DNA from: a virus
Lineage: Duplodnaviria; Caudoviricetes
IMG/VR virus record: IMGVR_UViG_3300032050_014001
Location: 1 to 64,000 of that record
Length of the DNA: 64,000 bases
Direction: 5' to 3' (one strand)
Positions 10,488 to 19,010 of the stretch are shown here, piece by piece. The position numbers and the translations under genes were made by a program. Each line of letters begins with the position of its first letter. The stretch's first letter is position 1. The notes under the pieces were generated by a model. It worked only from the letters and a program-made list of their open reading frames with translations, did not search any database and was not told the DNA's origin.

Positions 10488-13106
10488 TTAGAGACGAGGA
10501 CCACTTACTAATTCATTGAAGCTAGCGCCGGTTCTAGTCGCAATAAAATTCACTAAAATGAATTCTGATGCTCTAATAGGCTTGATATAGATATCAACAA
10601 CTAATTCATTGCTATCAATAGATTCAGGAGTATTGTTTCTCTTATCAGATACGATCATATAATCAGCAACACCTTCTGTAGATTTTGCAAAATTGAATAT
10701 TGGATTCAATGCATTTACTAATCGAGTACGTGTAAATGTTGTATTTGGTTCAAATACAAAGTATTTTACAGTTTTCTTTGTTGCTTTTTCTAGGTATAAG
10801 AACAATCTTCTTACATTGATACGATCGAATGTACTTGGTTGACGCTGCATTGTCTTTTGGCCGAAAATAGTAATGCCATCACCAGGGAAGAATGCTACTG
10901 GATTAATGGAAATTTTGTATAGTTGATCTCTTTCTTTTTGCTTTGGTGTTACTGCCAACTCAAGGACATTGCGAACACGACCACGTGTGAAGCCTGCTGG
11001 TGCATACCATGGATAGAAATTAGAATCAGTATTAGCAAAACTTGCTGCGGCAAAGCTTGAGAAAGGTATCCAAACATTCAATCCCGCAACGGAATCATAG
11101 ATCTTTGCCCAGTTTCCATAAGTACAGGAGTAATTTGAATTTGCTAATTCAAATAAATGCTTCAATGACGTATAAATGTCACGAGAAAATGAATTATTTG
11201 CATTAGGTAATACCTTACTATTCTCTCCTTTAACAAATATTTGACGCAAAGGATCAGCTATGAACATACAATCTTTTCTAGATTGCGAACAGAATGTATC
11301 AAAACGTTGGTAAATTGTATTATACAATGCTCTTAAATCTTTTGTTACATCGGTTGGTGATTGATAATCACCTGCAGTCTTTAATAAAGATAAACCTTCT
11401 GCAAAATTATCAGAAACAACTGTATCATCAAAGTAAGTAACTTTGTTTGCACAGCATGTTGTGAATATTGTGCCTAATCCGCCTTCGACAACCAAATCTA
11501 GATCAAATAATTCATCATTTTCTACTTTATATAATGCATTTTCAATCTTAGCTGGCAGGTTACCAACTTCTTTTGTCTTAATATTGAGGCTGGTATATGG
11601 CCCTGTTGCATACAATGCATCAGTAGTAATCATGGAACTAGATAATGCTACATAATCAAGATAGTAACCACCGAAACGACTGCCTTGTTTATTGTCACTT
11701 GCTAATGCTTTTAATGCTGAATTAGTGTATAGACGAACTTTTTTATTGGGTACGCCTACTGCATTTAACCAGGTATCACCACCACGGTTGGTAATATTGT
11801 CATTTACAATAATTTTAACAGCTCTGCTTTCTTTTTGTGGTGCAGAAATGAAGTAAGATACTGCGTCACCACCATTAAGATCTTGAATCTTGCGATTAAA
11901 ATCTAATGAACCAATATGATTTCGCTCTAATACATAATCCATCTTGATAGCATCTGGTGTGTAAATCGAACGACGCAGCTTATAGATGCTAATAGATAGC
12001 GTATCATCGAACTTCTCTGATGTAGAATCAGGGAAATTATAGAATGTTCTTTCAAGATTGAACGAAATATTGGAATCATCTCGTACAATACCCGCATCAG
12101 ACCCACCTGATAAAGCAAAATTTAATCTCTCATTTGGTATTTGTGTGAATCCCGCACCATATAATCCGGTAGATGGTGCAGTTTGTGTTACAGTATAAGC
12201 ACGAACAATACTGTCATGATCTGTAGTAGGCTCTGCATTGGTATTATCAGTGATAGCGGCATAATACCCTTCAGCTTGTGCTTCTGTTACTGTTTGCCCT
12301 TTATTGAGAAGAATCAAACCCGCCTTACCGAAATCAGCAATTGAATTAATTGCTGTGATATCTGCTGATGTTAATGACCAATTAAATGCGGTACCTTCAA
12401 TAACTGCATTGTATTGATCAAGTGTCAATTCGAAAAATTTGGGTGCACCCAGTACGTAAGTACCTGCAGATACGGCGATATTGTTTGTTTTGGTTACTTC
12501 ACCTGCGGAGAAAAAGGCTGATTTTAATTCAGTTGCTGCAGTTACAGAAGCAACTGTGGAAGATAAGAGTCCATTGACTAATGTAGTATATTCCTCATCT
12601 GTCAATTTTGCATATGTCATATCTTCAAACGCGATGCCATTAGCTGATAAATGAAGGAAATCTGGTTCTTCGAAAGAAGTGGTTGCGACTGTCAATACAT
12701 CAGTTCCGCCCAGATCAAAAGCTGATGCAGGTACTGATTTTGTGGCGCGCCACACAACTACATTGTTATCAGTTTCTAGAGTAACTACTGGGTAAACTAA
12801 CGCACCATAGGTTGATCCATACCCATAACCAGCACCAGGACCATAAGGCAAACGATTTACATACAGAGATGCATTTGAATCTGTGATAATTTGTCTTGCA
12901 GAATGATAAAAATAACGTTCTGCTGGTGTAGCAGGTATACCGTAAATTTGTTCAAGTTCTTGAATGGATGTTACTTGAATTACTTCATCTGTAGGCCCAC
13001 GTTGGGCAAACCCAGCTAAAAATACATTGGTTCCGGCTGGTTGAAATGCTACTTGTGAAATGTCAATCTCACGAATTTCAACACCAGGTGACTGAATAGT
13101 TCTCAT
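10488..13106 (-). CDS. gp18: Tail sheath protein (gp18-like)
   Basis: N-terminal SPGVEIREID; C-terminal PWYAPAGFTRG, INPV, DRINVRRLF, FEPN. Confidence 0.95.
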   Translation of the reverse strand: MRTIQSPGVEIREIDISQVAFQPAGTNVFLAGFAQRGPTDEVIQVTSIQELEQIYGIPATPAERYFYHSARQIITDSNASLYVNRLPYGPGAGYGYGSTYGALVYPVVTLETDNNVVVWRATKSVPASAFDLGGTDVLTVATTSFEEPDFLHLSANGIAFEDMTYAKLTDEEYTTLVNGLLSSTVASVTAATELKSAFFSAGEVTKTNNIAVSAGTYVLGAPKFFELTLDQYNAVIEGTAFNWSLTSADITAINSIADFGKAGLILLNKGQTVTEAQAEGYYAAITDNTNAEPTTDHDSIVRAYTVTQTAPSTGLYGAGFTQIPNERLNFALSGGSDAGIVRDDSNISFNLERTFYNFPDSTSEKFDDTLSISIYKLRRSIYTPDAIKMDYVLERNHIGSLDFNRKIQDLNGGDAVSYFISAPQKESRAVKIIVNDNITNRGGDTWLNAVGVPNKKVRLYTNSALKALASDNKQGSRFGGYYLDYVALSSSMITTDALYATGPYTSLNIKTKEVGNLPAKIENALYKVENDELFDLDLVVEGGLGTIFTTCCANKVTYFDDTVVSDNFAEGLSLLKTAGDYQSPTDVTKDLRALYNTIYQRFDTFCSQSRKDCMFIADPLRQIFVKGENSKVLPNANNSFSRDIYTSLKHLFELANSNYSCTYGNWAKIYDSVAGLNVWIPFSSFAAASFANTDSNFYPWYAPAGFTRGRVRNVLELAVTPKQKERDQLYKISINPVAFFPGDGITIFGQKTMQRQPSTFDRINVRRLFLYLEKATKKTVKYFVFEPNTTFTRTRLVNALNPIFNFAKSTEGVADYMIVSDKRNNTPESIDSNELVVDIYIKPIRASEFILVNFIATRTGASFNELVSGPRL

Positions 13107-13114
13107 ATAGGACT

Positions 13115-13122
13115 TATTTATA
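13115..13122 (-). promoter_or_regulatory. T4-type late promoter of the tail sheath gene
   Basis: Perfect TATAAATA 8 nt before the ATG; gp55 is encoded in the window. Confidence 0.75.
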
Positions 13123-13140
13123 CTTTTTTTGAGTCCTTTT

Positions 13141-13737
13141 TTATACTAAGAGACAATATAGTTCAGAGAAAGCAAATGTAAATGATGATTCTATTTCATT
13201 GGATTGTCTGTAGGAATATGATATACCATCAAGCAATGTGGGGAATGCATTTTTATAAATCCATTTTATAACATCATTATTAAATTCGTCCTTACCTACT
13301 ACAGTAATATCCGTACTATATTCGCCCAATAGCCCAGAAATATCAGTAATATCATTACATCTTAAAGAAGTTGCATATGTTCCTTCTTGTGCTTCTCTCA
13401 AAGCATTGAGCCATGTGTAAATTACCCAATAATTATTAAACATATTATCAACTGTGAAGCTAACCTTCAATGGATCATACTTAGGATGTGTATGTGATGT
13501 GATACTAAACGGCGATCCGCTATAATTTAAATCAACAGAAGGTACATTAATAGCAGGTACTACAGCACCATATACAGAAAATGCCATTGTATCTAGCGAT
13601 ATGGATGTATTTTTGCGTTCAAATCTCTTATTAATGTTTCTTAATATGGGAGGTATATCAAAAAACATTTGAAACTTATCTCCTAATGCTTTGTTTAGGA
13701 TTGCTTGATCATTAGAAGTTGTGTGATTGCCTATCAT
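13141..13737 (-). CDS. Tail tube terminator / tail completion protein (gp3-like)
   Basis: YDPLKVSFTVDNMFNNYWVIYTWL and YKNAFPTLLDGISY patterns. Confidence 0.65.
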   Translation of the reverse strand: MIGNHTTSNDQAILNKALGDKFQMFFDIPPILRNINKRFERKNTSISLDTMAFSVYGAVVPAINVPSVDLNYSGSPFSITSHTHPKYDPLKVSFTVDNMFNNYWVIYTWLNALREAQEGTYATSLRCNDITDISGLLGEYSTDITVVGKDEFNNDVIKWIYKNAFPTLLDGISYSYRQSNEIESSFTFAFSELYCLLV

Positions 13738-13740
13738 TTT

Positions 13741-14994
13741 TTATTCAATTGGTTGTGTTTCTGGTTTTACCCAATTCTTCGGCATTAAAAAATTAGCTCT
13801 GCTGAATTCTAGTCGATCAATAAACTTTACACCATTTTGATCTTGATCAAATGCAACATAACCTTCAGGGTTTGTGACCTTAATATCACCATTAGGCATT
13901 ATCAAGAATGTTCCCATCATAGCACCTTGCATGATTGAATTGTATTTTTGTATAAAAATATCTTTAATTTGCTTTACATCTCTGATATAGTTAAACAAAT
14001 GCAAAATAGTATCAGCGTGCCGCTCTAGAAGTTTAGTCATTTCATTTTTAGCTGCTATTTTAGATTCTTTTCTTTTAGCTTTTTCTATTTCTTTGTCTAG
14101 ACGGGCGCCAACCCATTGTATGAATTCATTCAATGAATAGCGAAGATCATTTAAAAATTCACCTTCTTTAATTTTCGTGTTTAAAAATATGTTTACTAAG
14201 TCAGCGACCTTCCCATTTATGAAAGAGAAATTTATTAAATTGATATGAGTTTCAGCATTTTGTAATGTTCTTCTTACAAAATTTGTTTCTTCTTCAGTTA
14301 AACTAATAGTACCGGCTTTATTTTCAAATAATGCATCTATGATATATGCTGTTTTAGATTTTAAATGTTCTGCAGAGATGCCAAATTTTTTATTTACAAA
14401 TCGTTGTTTGCCTTCTTCATCTACAGAAGGATCATATTTTGTATGGAAGGCAATACCTATTTGATATTTCTTAATATCTTTAGCCTCTTTTGAATCTTCG
14501 GGGAATGTATACAAAATAGTATTTGGTCTAAACCCCAAATAATTTTTACCACCTATAACGTATTTTTGTACTAATCCGGGCCAAAACAATAAATCACCTT
14601 GATACACGCCATCAAAATTTACACCCTTCAATGCATTAAAAGCATATATTAATTTCTCAATCAGTCCGGGCGCTTCACCATGATTCTTTTTAATATCTGC
14701 TACACTATAAGATAGTAATGGTTCATTGTTAAATGCACTTTTAGTAGATATAAAAAATTTACCGTAAGAGTCTCTACCGCATATGACTGCAGGTGCACCA
14801 TCAATCTTAACAGTCATGTTAATCTTTCTATCAGTATTACTTTTTAACATATCCAGTAAAACTGAAATATATTGCAAAGTTTTAATAGCACCTTCTTTTC
14901 CCTTTTTAAGAATTAATTCATCTAAATGTGTGAGATGCTTATTAGTAGCATCTGCATTTTCCATTAAAATAAAATAATCCTTAAAGCTCTTCAT
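13741..14994 (-). CDS. Conserved T4-like phage protein (DUF6267-like) with ligase/nucleotidyltransferase motifs
   Basis: NKHLTHLDEL, KIDGAPA (KxDG), QGDLLF, EGYV, VKFIDRLEFS. Start re-called to 14994 (MKSFKDYF), 5 nt after TAAATA. Confidence 0.65.
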   Translation of the reverse strand: MKSFKDYFILMENADATNKHLTHLDELILKKGKEGAIKTLQYISVLLDMLKSNTDRKINMTVKIDGAPAVICGRDSYGKFFISTKSAFNNEPLLSYSVADIKKNHGEAPGLIEKLIYAFNALKGVNFDGVYQGDLLFWPGLVQKYVIGGKNYLGFRPNTILYTFPEDSKEAKDIKKYQIGIAFHTKYDPSVDEEGKQRFVNKKFGISAEHLKSKTAYIIDALFENKAGTISLTEEETNFVRRTLQNAETHINLINFSFINGKVADLVNIFLNTKIKEGEFLNDLRYSLNEFIQWVGARLDKEIEKAKRKESKIAAKNEMTKLLERHADTILHLFNYIRDVKQIKDIFIQKYNSIMQGAMMGTFLIMPNGDIKVTNPEGYVAFDQDQNGVKFIDRLEFSRANFLMPKNWVKPETQPIE

Positions 14995-15005
14995 GCTTCT
15001 ATTTA

Positions 15006-16688
15006 TCATTGTAGAGGTTTCCAACCAGACTGCAATAAATCATTTAAATCATCATCAAACCCAAAATGACTCCCAACAAAAGTAGGAATAACATTATATT
15101 GACTAGAATCTTTTTCATTCATATAAAAAGCACCTGGATTCTTAAATGAACCTACACCCCAATCATATGGACGAATAACCGCTGGTTTATTATTCTCATC
15201 CATAGTAATGACTTCAAAATATTTTGTGACAAGTTTTTCGTGTAGTATTAATAATGCCCAACCTAAAGACATAACGCGGTCATCATGTTTATCATTCTTA
15301 GCTTTCCATGCCCCATTCGGCATCCTTACGAAGTCTCTTAGTTCTTCTACTGTATGTAAATCATTTATTCTAACAGCATCTAATGTATTAATCCAATATC
15401 TTTGATTGATAACATTATCATATTTTGTATTAGTATGACAAACGACGCCCAATGGAATAACACTACGATTCAATTCTTTATATCCGTGTGAAATAATATT
15501 CTCATACTGATAATCTTTTCTTAAATTATCAACTACTTGAGCACCGCACTTGTCTCTCTCTATAAGTAGCAATGGTGATCCCCATTGCAATAGTATTTCA
15601 TGCAATTTACTAGTAAATTCAATAGGAGTAATAATATTACATGAATATACAGCAACCTGATTAATGGCATGCAAATCAGTTAGATCTAAAATTTGCACAA
15701 CAGTATTGTCCTTGCCTACACCTTCTGCAACATCAACACCAGCTACATATAGTCTACCTTCTTTTGGAAGTTCCCAAATCTTATAAGAACCATCCATATA
15801 AACATATTCTGGTGCAGATGCTTTAGATCTTAATGTATCAAAAGTAGCTGCATTGATTGATGCTTCACCTACTTCATCAAATATGCATTCAAATTCTCTT
15901 AAAAAGTCTTCTGGAGAAGCCATAGAACCCATTGTTTCTTTCTTCCACTTTTCATCTCTTCCCGGAACATCATACCAAGGCACTTTCATTTGCACCCAAC
16001 TATTTTCATTCTTTACAGAACCGTCATATAATTTAAAAAACAAACCAGAGGTATCTCTAGGTGTTGAAGCCATAATAATTTTAGACTTCTTTGAATTTGA
16101 AATGATAGGATACACAGAAGCCCAAAAACTTTCTAGCAAGTGAGGTTCAATCCAGTCCGCTTCGTCGACAAACAATAAATTAGCTGAACTACCACGACCT
16201 GCTGAACCAGTTGTGGTAGTGATACCTATGCGAGATCCGTTTGCCAATTCCATGGATTCTTTTCCATATTCTTTCACACCAGGTTTTAACCAGTTAGGCA
16301 ATTCTTCATATGCTAATCGAATTCTTTTAAAAATTTCTTTAGCAGTACTTTCTTTATTGGCTACAATTAAAATATTTTGATGTTCATTAAAGCAAGCAGT
16401 CCATAAACAATAGATAGTCGATATAGTACTCTTGCCACTTTGTCTTGCAAACAATAATAGAGAGAAACGATTATCACGCATCATCCTCAATGCTTTCTTT
16501 TGATAAGTATGAAGTGGTATTTTAATTTTGCCATCATCTGGAGCAATGATATGAAAATAATTTTCAGCAAAATGTAATATATTCTCTTGACATTTTTTTA
16601 TTTCTTTAATCTCTTCAATGCCGTAATCAAACTGTGCGTCGACCGTTGGTAGATTAGGATTGTTCAAATAGACTTTTTGTCTGCCCAT
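15006..16688 (-). CDS. gp17: Terminase large subunit (gp17)
   Basis: Walker A ARQSGKST, Walker B LLFVDE, MASTP, nuclease motifs GVDVAEG and HDDRVMS. Confidence 0.95.
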   Translation of the reverse strand: MGRQKVYLNNPNLPTVDAQFDYGIEEIKEIKKCQENILHFAENYFHIIAPDDGKIKIPLHTYQKKALRMMRDNRFSLLLFARQSGKSTISTIYCLWTACFNEHQNILIVANKESTAKEIFKRIRLAYEELPNWLKPGVKEYGKESMELANGSRIGITTTTGSAGRGSSANLLFVDEADWIEPHLLESFWASVYPIISNSKKSKIIMASTPRDTSGLFFKLYDGSVKNENSWVQMKVPWYDVPGRDEKWKKETMGSMASPEDFLREFECIFDEVGEASINAATFDTLRSKASAPEYVYMDGSYKIWELPKEGRLYVAGVDVAEGVGKDNTVVQILDLTDLHAINQVAVYSCNIITPIEFTSKLHEILLQWGSPLLLIERDKCGAQVVDNLRKDYQYENIISHGYKELNRSVIPLGVVCHTNTKYDNVINQRYWINTLDAVRINDLHTVEELRDFVRMPNGAWKAKNDKHDDRVMSLGWALLILHEKLVTKYFEVITMDENNKPAVIRPYDWGVGSFKNPGAFYMNEKDSSQYNVIPTFVGSHFGFDDDLNDLLQSGWKPLQ

Positions 16689-16689
16689 G

Positions 16690-16697
16690 TATAAATA
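16690..16697 (+). promoter_or_regulatory. T4-type late promoter
   Basis: Perfect TATAAATA 9 nt before ATG 16707. Confidence 0.7.
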
Positions 16698-16706
16698 GTT
16701 ATCTAT

Positions 16707-17444
16707 ATGAACAAAAAAGGCTCACCAACATTTCATAATACCTCTGATAAGAAAATTCATCCTTACATGACACCACCTACCGTAGCTGGTAAAAAAGGTG
16801 TGGCATCTATGGGTGTTGCAGAACCCAAAGAAATTGACTTTTCAAAAAGAGAAGAAAGTTGTGACTCTTGCGAAAAAGTAGCTAAAGAAAGTATAAATAC
16901 ATCCAATATGAGTAAATTTTTATTCGACAAACTATTTGAAGACGTAATGTCAGGTTCTGAATTCGGTGGCGGAGATGATGCTGCTGATCTCGGTATTGAT
17001 GTTGGTGGTGGCGAAGGTGGAGAAGATCTCGGTGGTGGGGATGAAGTTACCATTACACTTGATCGCGCTACAGCAGAAAAGCTTATCGATCTTATCCAAG
17101 GAGCTATGGGCGGAGTTGGTGAAGATGAAGGAGAGCTTGATGGTGAAGGTGGAGAAGAAGGTGGCGAAGATTTCGGGGGTGAAGAAGAAGGTGAAGGTGC
17201 AATGGGAGAATCCATTGAAGTTGTTGCTGAACCAAAACCTTTTGGTGCAAAAGCAGAAACCCTTCAAAAGAGAGACAATAAAGTTTCTTCTAAATACAAA
17301 GCAGCTGGCGGTAAAGCACATACAGGAAGCATTCCAGCTTTGGAAGCAGAACCAAAAGCATTTAGCGGTAAACCCGAAACACTTCAAAACAAGAATAATA
17401 AGGTCGCTGGATTTAGTACATCAGGAACAATCTTCGGTTCTTAA
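16707..17444 (+). CDS. Acidic Gly/Glu-rich late protein, possible prohead core/internal protein
   Basis: Perfect TATAAATA upstream; low-complexity acidic linkers; internal repeat AEPKPF..ETLQKRDNKV / AEPKAF..ETLQNKNNKV. Confidence 0.5.
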   Translation: MNKKGSPTFHNTSDKKIHPYMTPPTVAGKKGVASMGVAEPKEIDFSKREESCDSCEKVAKESINTSNMSKFLFDKLFEDVMSGSEFGGGDDAADLGIDVGGGEGGEDLGGGDEVTITLDRATAEKLIDLIQGAMGGVGEDEGELDGEGGEEGGEDFGGEEEGEGAMGESIEVVAEPKPFGAKAETLQKRDNKVSSKYKAAGGKAHTGSIPALEAEPKAFSGKPETLQNKNNKVAGFSTSGTIFGS

Positions 17445-17467
17445 TTTTTTAGTAAGCTAATAATTTT

Positions 17468-17500
17468 AAGAGACTCTATGAAAGTAGAGTCTCTTTTTTT
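17468..17500 (+). terminator. Rho-independent terminator
   Basis: AAGAGACTCTA-tgaaag-TAGAGTCTCTT hairpin followed by a T tract. Confidence 0.85.
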
Positions 17501-17520
17501 GTTTAAACATAAATAATAAT

Positions 17521-17877
17521 ATGTTTCCTACTTTTAAGGAATTTTATTTAGAGAATAGAAAGGGAGAAAGAAATCCGCATCATTCGAATGCATTTAAGGG
17601 ATTTGGTAAAAAAACTGCTGGTAATTTCAACATGACATATGCAGTTAATAGAAAGACAAATGAATATGAAGAGGCAATAGAAAATTTAAGATCAGGTGCT
17701 GCCTCATTTTTAGTTGTGACAAAACCTTTTGAACAATATATAAAACTTACATATCCTCAACATAATTTTCCTACAAAAGAAGGAGAAAAAGTAGCATTGG
17801 GTAGATCTGGTGATTCTACTAATCAGGTTTTTCTTTCTATTAATAACACAGGACAATACGTTCTTACCAACAAATAA
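17521..17877 (+). CDS. Hypothetical late protein with a capsid-targeting-like N-terminus
   Basis: MFPTFKEFYLE; TAAATA 5 nt upstream. Confidence 0.6.
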   Translation: MFPTFKEFYLENRKGERNPHHSNAFKGFGKKTAGNFNMTYAVNRKTNEYEEAIENLRSGAASFLVVTKPFEQYIKLTYPQHNFPTKEGEKVALGRSGDSTNQVFLSINNTGQYVLTNK

Positions 17878-17878
17878 A

Positions 17879-18721
17879 ATGTCTACGTATACATGTTATT
17901 ATTCAGGAGCTGGAAATGGAAGTCTTTGTTATGAATTATATGATAAGACTCGCTTACAACCTGATATGCAATTAATTCAAAATACAGTAGATGAATCAAT
18001 TAATTTATTGGGTCAAAAAGTAGAATATTTTGTCAATACATATCAACCTACTAGTGCAGATAATTTATATGGTGAACAACCCACCATGGTATATCATGGA
18101 CCCTATACAATAAAGATGATCATTAATCTAAATGAATCTTCATTAGCATTATCAAAATTTGGGTTCAATGCAGAGGATGAAATAACAGCATTCGTTTCTA
18201 TACAAGGCTACAAAAGAGTCTTCACAGAAGATTGGATTTACTTAAGTTTAGATCAACCAGTAGAGCCCAAAGCAGGGGATGTATTTTGTATGACTGAATA
18301 TGGTAGTACTAGATCACATGGCAGAGCTGGCAATTATTTTATTATCACAGAAAGACGTGATCAGGATATTTCTGATATCAATCCTTTAGGTGGTCATTAT
18401 ACATGGCGATTAGCAGCCAAACGTCTTGAGTATTCATTTCAACCCGGCATATCTGGTGAATCTAAAAATGATCAGGTTTATGACGATACATTTGCAGGTC
18501 TATTGTCTACCAATATTACCGAAAATCCGTTCATTAATAATATACCGTCAACGTTCATTAATAATATAATTGATGAAAATTTCCCCGACGAATTAGGAAA
18601 TTACGTAGGTGACGGTGCAGATTTCTTAGATGGTGGTGCTGATATACAACCAATATTACCCCAACCACCAGATGACGAAACTAATCCAGAGCCACCGCCT
18701 GATGATGGAGGAGATTTTTAA
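17879..18721 (+). CDS. gp14: Neck/head completion protein (gp14-like)
   Basis: ESINLLGQKVEY, NLYGE, LSKFGFNAEDE, EPKAGD motifs; start re-called to MSTYTCY at 17879. Confidence 0.7.
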   Translation: MSTYTCYYSGAGNGSLCYELYDKTRLQPDMQLIQNTVDESINLLGQKVEYFVNTYQPTSADNLYGEQPTMVYHGPYTIKMIINLNESSLALSKFGFNAEDEITAFVSIQGYKRVFTEDWIYLSLDQPVEPKAGDVFCMTEYGSTRSHGRAGNYFIITERRDQDISDINPLGGHYTWRLAAKRLEYSFQPGISGESKNDQVYDDTFAGLLSTNITENPFINNIPSTFINNIIDENFPDELGNYVGDGADFLDGGADIQPILPQPPDDETNPEPPPDDGGDF

Positions 18722-18728
18722 AAAATTT

Positions 18729-19010
18729 ATGTCAATACCAGGTTCAGCACCAACACCAAGAAAAATTTATCCGGGTAGTACGGATGAAGAAAGTAAACTT
18801 TATTTTGATATGTCAGTAAATGATACTGCTGTGTATGGGGGATTTTCTGTGGGTCCAGAAGAGGGAGAAGGTGGTGGCGGTGATCAAATAGTTCAACCAC
18901 CATCTGTAGCACTCAATCAAATTAAAAATGCTGTTAAAAACAATATTAATAACACCATGAATGATTTCATTCAACGTGATGTAGATGTTGTTACTGGCGG
19001 TGATTTTTAA
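18729..19010 (+). CDS. Short acidic ORF, possibly a frameshift extension of the neck protein
   Basis: MSIPGSAPT...DMSVNDTAVYGGF...GGDF; lies in the +1 frame, which is open across the upstream stop. Confidence 0.5.
   Translation: MSIPGSAPTPRKIYPGSTDEESKLYFDMSVNDTAVYGGFSVGPEEGEGGGGDQIVQPPSVALNQIKNAVKNNINNTMNDFIQRDVDVVTGGDF

Noticed and set aside
16763-17460. Three overlapping alternative ORFs (150, 145 and 164 aa)
   Set aside because: Explained by the low-complexity GGN/GAA codons of the 16707 gene, which leave other frames stop-poor; no promoters or motifs support them.
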